64,000 nucleotides of DNA from an uncultured Thermodesulfobacteriota bacterium (GTDB taxonomy: Bacteria > Desulfobacterota > BSN033 > WVXP01), in contig CAYGBK010000129.1 of NCBI GenBank assembly GCA_964348095.1, forward strand, positions 11,404 to 75,403, in the 5' to 3' direction. Shown here piece after piece: positions 48,862-56,988 of this stretch. Made by a program: the position numbers and the translations under genes. Each line of letters begins with the position of its first letter. Positions within the stretch are counted from its first letter, which is position 1. The notes under the pieces were generated by a model. The model had not been told where the DNA came from. It did not search any database and was given only the letters and a program-made list of their open reading frames with translations.

Positions 48862-49555
48862 AGATTGGGACCCCCTTGATAACGAGAATCAAACCCATGA
48901 CGGTTATGGACATTGCGGCAACTCGCTCTCCCAGAAATCTCATCTTCATGGATAACATTGAGGCAGAGAGTCCTGTCCCGAAAAGGGCAGGAACCGTTCC
49001 GAGGCCAAAAAAAGTCATGGTGAAAAACCCCCCCGCGGCACTCTGAGTCGTCGCCGCCTTGATGATCATGGCCCAGGAAAGCATGCACGGGAGAAATCCG
49101 GTGACAAGCCCCAACGCCATCCGCGCCCCCGTCCCCTTTGATTGGAAGAGCCTGTAAAACAAGCGACCAAGGAAAGAACCGGGAGCAAAGGAGAGGGCAG
49201 GAGGGATTGAAGGCACAGGGAGGATTCTCAATAGAACCATGCCGGCAAGAATCATCAAACCGCCGCCCAAAACTAATACCCCTCCTCGTAGATGGACAAG
49301 CAGATTCTCCCCCTGGGCGAGATGCGTGACTCCGCCGGCCAGAGCGCCGAGGAATGCATATGTTCCGATCCGTCCGGCATGAAAAGCCAGGTGATGGCAC
49401 GCGCCCCGGTGCCACGCAGATGCCCCGGGCCTTTTCGCCGGATTTCCCGGCCCCTTGAAATTCATGGAGTAAGCCAATACGAGGGGGCCGCACATCCCCA
49501 GGCAGTGAAAGCTACCGAGAAAACCCACCATGAGAGGTGCGATGATGTCGAACAT
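48854..49555 (-). CDS. DsbD_2/TauE-like membrane protein with HCxxMCGP motif
   Basis: GFLGSFHCLGMCGPL in TM1 and about 6 TM helices. Start taken at MFDIIAP. 8-nt overlap with ccoI. Confidence 0.55.
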   Translation of the reverse strand: MFDIIAPLMVGFLGSFHCLGMCGPLVLAYSMNFKGPGNPAKRPGASAWHRGACHHLAFHAGRIGTYAFLGALAGGVTHLAQGENLLVHLRGGVLVLGGGLMILAGMVLLRILPVPSIPPALSFAPGSFLGRLFYRLFQSKGTGARMALGLVTGFLPCMLSWAMIIKAATTQSAAGGFFTMTFFGLGTVPALFGTGLSASMLSMKMRFLGERVAAMSITVMGLILVIKGVPIFV

Positions 49556-49562
49556 CCTATGC

Positions 49563-50054
49563 TCAGTCCACCACCCCCCGGCTAAGAGATCGGAGATAAT
49601 GGACAATGGCCCAGCGATCTCTGCTGGCCACGGTGTAACCGAGGGGGGGATGCCTTTCGTAGCCAAAAGTGATCGTATAGAAGAGTTCGGCGTCGGTCTG
49701 TACCTGGATGTACTCGCTTCTGAGGTTTGTCGGTAGAGGATAGAAGCTCTGTCCCACCGTTCCGTTCCCGTCGGCTTTGGCTCCATGGCACATGACACAA
49801 AAGTAGCCGTACGCCGTCTTTCCCAGATCTACGGATGCCGGCTCCGAGGGCAACGGGTTCTCCAGATCCTCCAGATCCGTCGCCCTGGCAGTCTCAAGGC
49901 CACCTCCAATAGGAATTGTCCCTGGGGGCATCTCTGGTACAGAGGTTTCATAGGTGCGGATCGATTCCTGCTCACTCATCCGCGCGTAGTCGCAGCCCCA
50001 TAGAAAAAGAACGACAAGAATCGATGGGGCGATACTCTGCCATCCCATTCTCAT
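49563..50054 (-). CDS. monohaem cytochrome c
   Basis: Signal peptide. CVMCH haem-binding motif. Confidence 0.7.
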   Translation of the reverse strand: MRMGWQSIAPSILVVLFLWGCDYARMSEQESIRTYETSVPEMPPGTIPIGGGLETARATDLEDLENPLPSEPASVDLGKTAYGYFCVMCHGAKADGNGTVGQSFYPLPTNLRSEYIQVQTDAELFYTITFGYERHPPLGYTVASRDRWAIVHYLRSLSRGVVD

Positions 50055-50114
50055 CTCTCGACTCCTATAGCAAATGACCCGGCACCCTGCCGTCCACGGA
50101 GATCTTGAAATCAG

Positions 50115-50333
50115 CTAATCAGCAACGTGCTGGGGAGCGGGCTCCGTGTATTCCGTGGCGTAGGGCGATTGACCGGGGATGTCTTCGACGACCCCAAAAT
50201 CCCAGTCAGGGGGGCCTTTGTCTCCAACCGAAAAGAAAACAAATAGCCCCCAGACGAGGAACAGGACCGCCATAGCCACCACAATGAGCCAGCTCCGTCG
50301 TATTGCCTTTTTTTCTCGATCTGATGATGGCAC
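50115..50333 (-). CDS. small single-TM membrane protein (72 aa)
   Basis: ORF inside the cco gene block. TM segment LIVVAMAVLFLVWGLFVFF. Confidence 0.3.
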   Translation of the reverse strand: MPSSDREKKAIRRSWLIVVAMAVLFLVWGLFVFFSVGDKGPPDWDFGVVEDIPGQSPYATEYTEPAPQHVAD

Positions 50334-50440
50334 CAGATATCCTTCCCTTAGCCGCCCTCCAGGAACGCAGGGGGGGGCGGCCTCGCCTACTCCAGTGGTC
50401 CCATTCCTATGTCCGGAGATAACCAGGCGTTATTGGCCCA

Positions 50441-50710
50441 TCAAAAAGCGATTCCTCGGAGGCCAATCACGACCATATAGGCTAGGGCCCAGACAATGAA
50501 ACCACCATAAATAAATATCAACAGGGGGGGAATCCCATTCCCGCTCACCTGTATTCCTTCGGGATAATTTTCCCTTTTCTTCGGTTTTCTCTGTTTCTTC
50601 TGGCCGAGCTCGTACAGGCTGAAAGCCACGGTGATGAGAAAAAGCACGGCCAGACCGAGAAAAACCAGCAGGACCACGACCTGGAAATCGAGGAGCGTGA
50701 AATATCGCAT
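50441..50710 (-). CDS. small two-TM membrane protein, CcoQ-like
   Basis: A TM helix followed by a Lys/Arg-rich stretch, as in CcoQ/FixQ. 89 aa. Confidence 0.35.
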   Translation of the reverse strand: MRYFTLLDFQVVVLLVFLGLAVLFLITVAFSLYELGQKKQRKPKKRENYPEGIQVSGNGIPPLLIFIYGGFIVWALAYMVVIGLRGIAF

Positions 50711-50718
50711 AACTTGGG

Positions 50719-50982
50719 CTAGCCTCCCGAATTCACAACAGTCAGAACCACTGTTGTGGCCATCGCGGCAAAGCCGATAAGAATGATGAATACCAGAGCG
50801 TACATCTCGCTTGTGGTTCTCGAGGGATTTTCCGAACGTGGCAGCGGAAACTGATCTCTTAGGGGCAGATATCGTGCCCTTTTCTGATCGGAAAACTGAC
50901 CCGATTTCAGAGCCCAGAGGAACACCGCGATGCTCAGTAGAATCCCCACAGCAGTGAGCGCAATCCAGCCAAGATAGAACAC
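50719..50982 (-). CDS. ccoS: cbb3 oxidase maturation protein CcoS/FixS-like
   Basis: MFYLGWIALTAVGILLSIAVFLWALKSGQFSD matches the CcoS signature (...FLWALRSGQ[FY]DD). Confidence 0.6.
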   Translation of the reverse strand: MFYLGWIALTAVGILLSIAVFLWALKSGQFSDQKRARYLPLRDQFPLPRSENPSRTTSEMYALVFIILIGFAAMATTVVLTVVNSGG

Positions 50983-50985
50983 AGG

Positions 50986-51933
50986 TTACTCCTCCTTCCT
51001 GGGGCCTTCGTAGGCGGCGTCGATCCCTCTGGGTTCTTCGTCTGCATCGGTTTCACCGATGAAATAGACAGCCACATAGTTCCCCACGTCCCAGATCTTC
51101 TCTGATTCCAGTTCGCGCTTGAAATAAGGCATGGCGGTTCCCGTGATTCCGTTCATGATTTGATAATAGAGGATGCCCCCTGAGACCCCCCTCCCCTGCA
51201 GGATGGTGAAGTTGAGGGGTGGAGGATACAGGACCGGTTGGGCTGGACCCATCCCATCCCCTATTGGGCCATGGCATCCGATGCAGAAGCCCTGATAGAT
51301 TCGATGCCCTCGCTCAAGCGAGGCCTGGGTTGTGGGATAGGGGTTGGGCAATTCTCTCCACGGTTCAGGGACCATGCTGTGCAACCAGGCCACATTGGCA
51401 TCAGGGCCGGCTTCGTAGGCCTCGATCGCCTTCATCTTCCAAAGACGCTGCCGTTCAACCCGAAAATCGGCGTCCCTGTATCCGAGGCTCTGTACGTAGG
51501 CGGTCAGAGCCTTGATTTTTTCCATGCCGAGGAATTCAAAGGATGGCATCAGGGACTCTGGCCGGGTATACCGTGGGTTGATGAAATGAGCAACGTGCCA
51601 ATCGTCGGGATGCTCCCCCCCTTCCTGAGAGAGATCCGGGCCAGTTCGTTCCGAACCCAGCTGGTGGGGTCGGTCCTGGAGATAGTCCCCGGCCTGAGCA
51701 ATCCGCTCCGCCCCCAACCCCCAATCCTGGTGACGAACGTATTGGGAATGGCAATAGGAGCAGCCGTTCTGGATGTATATCTTTCGACCCAATTCCTCGA
51801 GTTGGGTCCTCGGTCTCAAGATCTCCGATGGAAGATCGCCCTGCGTGTATCCCGGTAAAAAAACAGCCACAAAAAAGACGGCTCCGAAGATAATCAGGCA
51901 CCCACCGATAAGGATCGTTGGCGTCATTCTCAT
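50986..51933 (-). CDS. ccoO: cbb3-type cytochrome c oxidase subunit II (CcoO) fused to an additional C-terminal c-type haem domain
   Basis: GRKIYIQNGCSYCHSQ...SERTGPDLSQEGGEHPDDWHVAHFINPR...SLMPSF matches CcoO. A second CxxCH (CIGCHG) lies in the C-terminal third. 4-nt overlap with ccoN. Confidence 0.8.
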   Translation of the reverse strand: MRMTPTILIGGCLIIFGAVFFVAVFLPGYTQGDLPSEILRPRTQLEELGRKIYIQNGCSYCHSQYVRHQDWGLGAERIAQAGDYLQDRPHQLGSERTGPDLSQEGGEHPDDWHVAHFINPRYTRPESLMPSFEFLGMEKIKALTAYVQSLGYRDADFRVERQRLWKMKAIEAYEAGPDANVAWLHSMVPEPWRELPNPYPTTQASLERGHRIYQGFCIGCHGPIGDGMGPAQPVLYPPPLNFTILQGRGVSGGILYYQIMNGITGTAMPYFKRELESEKIWDVGNYVAVYFIGETDADEEPRGIDAAYEGPRKEE

Positions 51934-53291
51934 GAGGCCTCCCGCTTAGGCCCATAGAGGGTCATGAAGACGTTGACCAACCCGATCACGGCGCCTCCCA
52001 CGATAAGTATCCCAATCGATGCGCGAAGAACCATGTACAGGCGGATCTGAGGTAAAATGCGATAGACGACCTCGCCATTCAACCATCCATTTCCCTGGAT
52101 AAGGCCCGCCGTGGTCAAGACCACAAAAAAACCTGTCATGCCGATAAGCACGAGCCAGTACTGAATATCTGCCAGTCGGGTGCTGTACAGGGGCCTTCCG
52201 GCTATTCGCGGCAGGATGAAATACATGCCTCCGAGAGCCGTCATCCCCGAAAAACCAAGAATCCCCATGTGCGCGTGGGCCACCACCCAATTGGTGAAAT
52301 GGGTGAGCTGTTGCACTGAGGGCAAGGACTGGAGGGGGCCCTGTAAACAGGTCAACAGATACCACACGCTGCCTGCAAAGACGAATTTTCCGCCAATGTC
52401 CGCATGAATGTTTCCCAGCCGGCCCCGCATGGTAAGCCAGAGGTTGACGAGGACGGTAAGGACAGGAATCAACATGCCCACACTGCCAGTGATGGCGATC
52501 ACTTTCAGCCACGTCGGAGCGGGTGCCTGGATGATATGATGGGTGCCGATGTGAGAATACATGATCAGTATGGTCCAGAAACCGATAAGCGACAGTGTAT
52601 GGCTGTATAAGGGAGCGCGGCTGACGATCGGAATAACATAGTAGGCGACGGCCACAGCCAGCGTGGTGAAGAAGAATCCAATTATATTGTGACCGTAAAA
52701 CCAGGCCAATACCGCATCGGGAATTCCTACGAGGGATCCAGTTTCGGGATTCCAGACGGCATTACCGAAGAAATAAGTAAAGAAGGTGAAAACGACTGAT
52801 CCAAACACATACCAGACAGAGACGTAGAGGAGGTTCTCTCTTCGACGCCTAAGGGTTTGAAGGAGATTGTAAAAGATGAGAGCGAGAGCGATGAGCACAC
52901 CAATGTCGATGGGCCAGATAAACTCAGCGTACTCCCTGTTTTGGGTGAAACCTAGGGAAAGGGTGACCGCGCCCGACGCGATGCCCACATTCCATAACCA
53001 CAGCGATGCCTTCCCGATACCTTCGCTATAAAGAGTCGTTCGAAGAAGTGTGGGGACCAGGTAGTAGGCAGCTCCCAACAAGGCTGTGCCCACAAAGCCG
53101 AACATAACCAGATTCGTGTGAATCTGACGAACCCTCCCAAAGGCGATCCAGGGAATGTTCCCCAGAAGTTCTGGTGCGACCATTTCCACGGCTCCGATTA
53201 GCCCCGCCACAGTGCCGGCCAGCATCCAGGCCGCCGAACTCAAAAAGAAAGCCTTGGTGGTTCCATATGATTCATTGCTCAGGATTTGCAA
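51930..53291 (-). CDS. ccoN: cbb3-type cytochrome c oxidase subunit I
   Basis: 453 aa with 12 TM helices. His ligands in HNIIGF, GTHH and HAHMGILG contexts. Confidence 0.9.
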   Translation of the reverse strand: MQILSNESYGTTKAFFLSSAAWMLAGTVAGLIGAVEMVAPELLGNIPWIAFGRVRQIHTNLVMFGFVGTALLGAAYYLVPTLLRTTLYSEGIGKASLWLWNVGIASGAVTLSLGFTQNREYAEFIWPIDIGVLIALALIFYNLLQTLRRRRENLLYVSVWYVFGSVVFTFFTYFFGNAVWNPETGSLVGIPDAVLAWFYGHNIIGFFFTTLAVAVAYYVIPIVSRAPLYSHTLSLIGFWTILIMYSHIGTHHIIQAPAPTWLKVIAITGSVGMLIPVLTVLVNLWLTMRGRLGNIHADIGGKFVFAGSVWYLLTCLQGPLQSLPSVQQLTHFTNWVVAHAHMGILGFSGMTALGGMYFILPRIAGRPLYSTRLADIQYWLVLIGMTGFFVVLTTAGLIQGNGWLNGEVVYRILPQIRLYMVLRASIGILIVGGAVIGLVNVFMTLYGPKREAS

Positions 53292-53303
53292 CGCCCATAT
53301 CCC

Positions 53304-53924
53304 TCATTGATGGCATGCCAGCCAGCAGTCCAACTCGGCTTTTTCTCTCTTGTGACATTCGATACAGAACCCCATCTTGAATTCCACGGGCATCAAGCGA
53401 TCCATGTTCTTCACGTTGCCGTGACATACAACGCAATCGATCTCTTTCGCAATGTGTCTCTGGTGATTGAATTGAGCATGATCTGGCAGATAGAAGATCC
53501 TTACCCACGGAATCGGTGTTTTGCTCTCGTAATGCCATTTCACACGGAGAATTTGGGGATGTTGTGAAACGATGTATCGGTGACAGAAAAGGCATTTCTC
53601 AACAGCCGGAATCCCCGCATTTTTTGACCGGTCCACAAAGGGGTGACAGAACCGGCAGCTGATCTGCTTCACTCCCGAATGGACTCTGTGGCTGAAGTAA
53701 ATCGGCTGTTTCGGACCAAGGGTCTGATGGGGGTAAACGTAATAGAGATAGAGCATGGTCACGAGCAAAAGGCCCGTCGCGACCAGTAGAATATACGCTC
53801 TGGCTGGGTTGGCTCTGCGCCCTTCCCTCTCCGTCATGACCGTTCTCTTAAGAGAAACTGAAGGGTATGCATAAGGTGATCTATTTTCCGATTTCTTCGC
53901 CGCCTGTTTCAAGGGCCTCGACAA
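53304..53924 (-). CDS. membrane-anchored multihaem cytochrome c of the NapC/NirT/NrfH type (functional ActA equivalent?)
   Basis: N-terminal TM helix. PIYFSHRVHSG...CRFCH start typical of NapC/NrfH. Motifs CRFCH, CLFCH, CVVCH, CIECH, plus CWLACH. Confidence 0.7.
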   Translation of the reverse strand: MSRPLKQAAKKSENRSPYAYPSVSLKRTVMTEREGRRANPARAYILLVATGLLLVTMLYLYYVYPHQTLGPKQPIYFSHRVHSGVKQISCRFCHPFVDRSKNAGIPAVEKCLFCHRYIVSQHPQILRVKWHYESKTPIPWVRIFYLPDHAQFNHQRHIAKEIDCVVCHGNVKNMDRLMPVEFKMGFCIECHKREKAELDCWLACHQ

Positions 53925-55143
53925 ACAACGGGTCTGAAACAGGAAGGAGCGGAAACTTTCGCAGGAAAACCATGAGGCTCAGGGCCATAAGTCCGAAGAA
54001 TCCTGCTGTGATAAGGATCTCGACAATGCCGATGGGAAGGTGATTTCCCTCCCACAGCGAGGGCGCCACCAGAAGGAACCGTTCCAGCCACATCCCGCCC
54101 AGAATGATACTGCACAGTACCATCAGGGGCCTGGGCTTCATTTTGATTTTTTTGCTCAGGAGCACCACAAAAGGGATCCCAAAGCAAACAACAAGAACTG
54201 CCCAGGCGAGTGGTTCCCACGGGTCGGCGCGGACGCGAAGGATCACGTACCGTGTCTCTTCCGGGAGATTGCCATACCAGATCACGAGAAACTGGGAGTA
54301 GAAAAAATCTCCTGTCAGCAAACAGAATCCGAAGAGGATTTTGCCCAGGTCATGGAAATGTTTGGGCCGGACCAGGGATTTGAATGCCGGGGACTCCCTT
54401 ACAAGGCCCGCTAAGATAACCAGAGCAGCTAGACCAGTGTAGAAGCTGCCCACAAAGTAGTAAGCCCCAAACAGAGTACTATACCAGTGGGGGTCGAGTG
54501 ACATGATCAGATCAAAAGCGATCAGGCTCAGCACGACGGCATAGAGCAACCCGAGGATCGGAGAGAGAAAGGCCTGGATTCTCCAGTGTCTGTCGACCCC
54601 ACCCTGCGTGTTCATCCATGGGTCTCCTTGGGAGACCGAATCCAATTGCCGACATAGAACCTCTTTGTCTCCGCGAATAGAAACGAACACAAGGATCATG
54701 GCCACCGAAATGAGTAAGAGGAGCCCCCCGCCATCTCGGGCGAATAGAAAACCGACACTGAGCCAGAGTTCCTTGCCCTTGACAGGTTCGTGAATCCACG
54801 GGAAGAGGTTTTCACGGCCAAAGTAAAGCACCCAAAAGAGCAGAAAGGACACTGGCAGGAAGGCCGCTGGAGCCTCGGCTAACCGTTTCAGTGGCCGTGC
54901 CCACCGTGCCCTGGTCAAATTCAAGATGGCCACGAAAAGGACTGCACCAAAAGCGAGACCGGACCAAAAAACATAGTTGACCAAATAGGCCTGCCAGACC
55001 CGCTGTGTTTGAGATCCGGACACTCCAATGAGAAATGACACGATGCCCAGAATGATAAGCAGGGAAAATAGAACCATCCAGAGGCGGTGATGTCCCTCCG
55101 GTCCCAAATTCATAACCTCCTGATACCCTTTGCTAGATTTCAT
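53881..55143 (-). CDS. actF: Alternative Complex III subunit ActF-like (NrfD/PsrC-family integral membrane protein)
   Basis: 420 aa and about 10 TM helices. Homologous to the ActC gene upstream (YLVN[FY]VFW.G.A... pattern). Confidence 0.6.
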   Translation of the reverse strand: MKSSKGYQEVMNLGPEGHHRLWMVLFSLLIILGIVSFLIGVSGSQTQRVWQAYLVNYVFWSGLAFGAVLFVAILNLTRARWARPLKRLAEAPAAFLPVSFLLFWVLYFGRENLFPWIHEPVKGKELWLSVGFLFARDGGGLLLLISVAMILVFVSIRGDKEVLCRQLDSVSQGDPWMNTQGGVDRHWRIQAFLSPILGLLYAVVLSLIAFDLIMSLDPHWYSTLFGAYYFVGSFYTGLAALVILAGLVRESPAFKSLVRPKHFHDLGKILFGFCLLTGDFFYSQFLVIWYGNLPEETRYVILRVRADPWEPLAWAVLVVCFGIPFVVLLSKKIKMKPRPLMVLCSIILGGMWLERFLLVAPSLWEGNHLPIGIVEILITAGFFGLMALSLMVFLRKFPLLPVSDPLFVEALETGGEEIGK

Positions 55144-55636
55144 GAATCTTTTCAGCCTCAGCTTCCTTCAGAAGTTCATAGACTGTGGCTTCTTCGTTTT
55201 CTGAAAATTGAAGGAGGATGCCGTATCGGTCTCGTGTGAACCGAGGATCATAATGGTCTGGCAGTTTTATTCGAGGCATCCGGCCCTTTACCAGCATACC
55301 AATAAGGTTACCCAAGATCCCGAGCAGGATCGTGAATTCAAAACCGATAATCATGAATGGAATCCAGGCCAAGACAGGCCTCCCCCCCACAATGAATTTC
55401 CATTGAAGGGCGGTGTAGGCTGCCAAAGCCATGCCCAGCGTAAGGCCCAAGATCCCTCCGAATAGGGTAAAAAACCGAACAGGGCTCGGTTTCAGGCTGA
55501 GCGTCTCCTCAAGTGTATGGCACGGGGCCGGGGAGTACACGGTGTGCACCCTAACCTTAGCCCGTTTCGCTGCTTCAATGGCTTTTACCGTATCGTCCAG
55601 GTAAGAAAAAACGCCAAGTACAGTTCGACGGGCCAT
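55133..55636 (-). CDS. actD: Alternative Complex III subunit ActD (DUF3341)
   Basis: MARRTVLGVFSYLDDTVKAIEAAKRA...; two TM helices. RBS GGGAGGA before ATG 55636. Confidence 0.7.
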   Translation of the reverse strand: MARRTVLGVFSYLDDTVKAIEAAKRAKVRVHTVYSPAPCHTLEETLSLKPSPVRFFTLFGGILGLTLGMALAAYTALQWKFIVGGRPVLAWIPFMIIGFEFTILLGILGNLIGMLVKGRMPRIKLPDHYDPRFTRDRYGILLQFSENEEATVYELLKEAEAEKIHEI

Positions 55637-55671
55637 CCGTCCTCCCTCTAAAAACCCCGCTCTCTCCGTTC

Positions 55672-56985
55672 TCACCTTCTCCTTGTGGGGGGGGCCATAT
55701 GTTCTTTAACCTCGGCCATGGAGATGGGAGGCAAAAACTTGATGAACAGCAGAAAGAGAAAGAAAAACAAACCAAAGGAGCCGAGTAGAATGCCTATTTC
55801 CACCCAAGTTGGGCTATACAATCCCCACGAATACGGGTCGTACTCGTGTGCCACGGAGCCCACAATAATGACATATCGCTCAAACCACATCCCAATGTTG
55901 ACCAGAATAGCGATTCCAAAGAGGCTACTGATGTTGGTCCGGACCTTCTTGAAGAAAAATGCCAGAGGGAGGACCGAGTTGAAAAGGACCATGATCCAAA
56001 ACTGGGGGGCGTACTCCCCAATGGCCCGCCATATAAAGGTGTCCCGCTCAACCATGTTTCCACTATACCAGGCCGTGAAATACTCCACCCCATAGGCATA
56101 ACCCACAATGAGCCCGGTGAAGACTATAGTTTTGGCGATATTCTCCAAAATAGATAGGGTGATCAAACTTTCAAAACTACAGATCCGTCGAAGGGGGATC
56201 AAAAGGGTCAAAACCATGGCCAGTCCTGAGTGAATCGCGCCGGCTACGAAATAAGGAGCAAAAATGGTACTGTGCCATCCCGGAACAATGGCCAACGCGA
56301 AGTCCCAGGATACCACACTGTGCACGGAGATCACCAAGGGCGTCGCAAAAGCAGCAAAGAACAGGTAGGCCGACCCGTGGTGTCGCCACTGATGATGAGA
56401 ACCGACCCACCCAAGGGAGAAGAGACCGTAGATCCTACGACGGAGTCCCCGTGCACGGTCACGGACAACAGCGAGATCTGGCAGGAGGCCGGTGTACCAG
56501 AAAAGAAAACTCACGATTAGGTATGTGGAGATGGCAACCATGTCGAAGATCAGTGGGGATTGGAAATTCGGCCATAGATTCCGCTGGTTCGGGTACGGTA
56601 AGAGCCAGTAAAAAATCCAGACGCGCCCCAAATGAATAAAAGGGAAGAGCCCGGCCACCGCAATGGCAAAAACCGTCATGGCCTCGGCACTTCGGGCAAT
56701 GGCCGTGCGCCACGTTGCCCTGAACAAAAACAGTATGGCCGAGATCAAGGTTCCAGAGTGGGCGATTCCGACCCAGAAGACAAAGTTGACGAGGTAGGTG
56801 CCCCAATTGACTGGATGCATGACACCGGCAGCACCAAGACCGGTCAGAATCTGATAAGCCCAACAGGAGGCACCCAATAAGATCCCTGCGAGGGCGATCA
56901 TCACCAGAAAAAGGTAGGACCGTCCAGGAGGGGACATCGTCTGGAGGACTTTTTCATCGATGGTGCTATAGGTATAAGTCTCCAC
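55672..56985 (-). CDS. actC: Alternative Complex III subunit ActC (NrfD/polysulfide-reductase membrane-subunit family)
   Basis: 437 aa, 10 TM helices, NrfD-like. Starts 4 nt after the actB stop. Confidence 0.8.
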   Translation of the reverse strand: METYTYSTIDEKVLQTMSPPGRSYLFLVMIALAGILLGASCWAYQILTGLGAAGVMHPVNWGTYLVNFVFWVGIAHSGTLISAILFLFRATWRTAIARSAEAMTVFAIAVAGLFPFIHLGRVWIFYWLLPYPNQRNLWPNFQSPLIFDMVAISTYLIVSFLFWYTGLLPDLAVVRDRARGLRRRIYGLFSLGWVGSHHQWRHHGSAYLFFAAFATPLVISVHSVVSWDFALAIVPGWHSTIFAPYFVAGAIHSGLAMVLTLLIPLRRICSFESLITLSILENIAKTIVFTGLIVGYAYGVEYFTAWYSGNMVERDTFIWRAIGEYAPQFWIMVLFNSVLPLAFFFKKVRTNISSLFGIAILVNIGMWFERYVIIVGSVAHEYDPYSWGLYSPTWVEIGILLGSFGLFFFLFLLFIKFLPPISMAEVKEHMAPPTRRR

Positions 56986-56988
56986 AGT

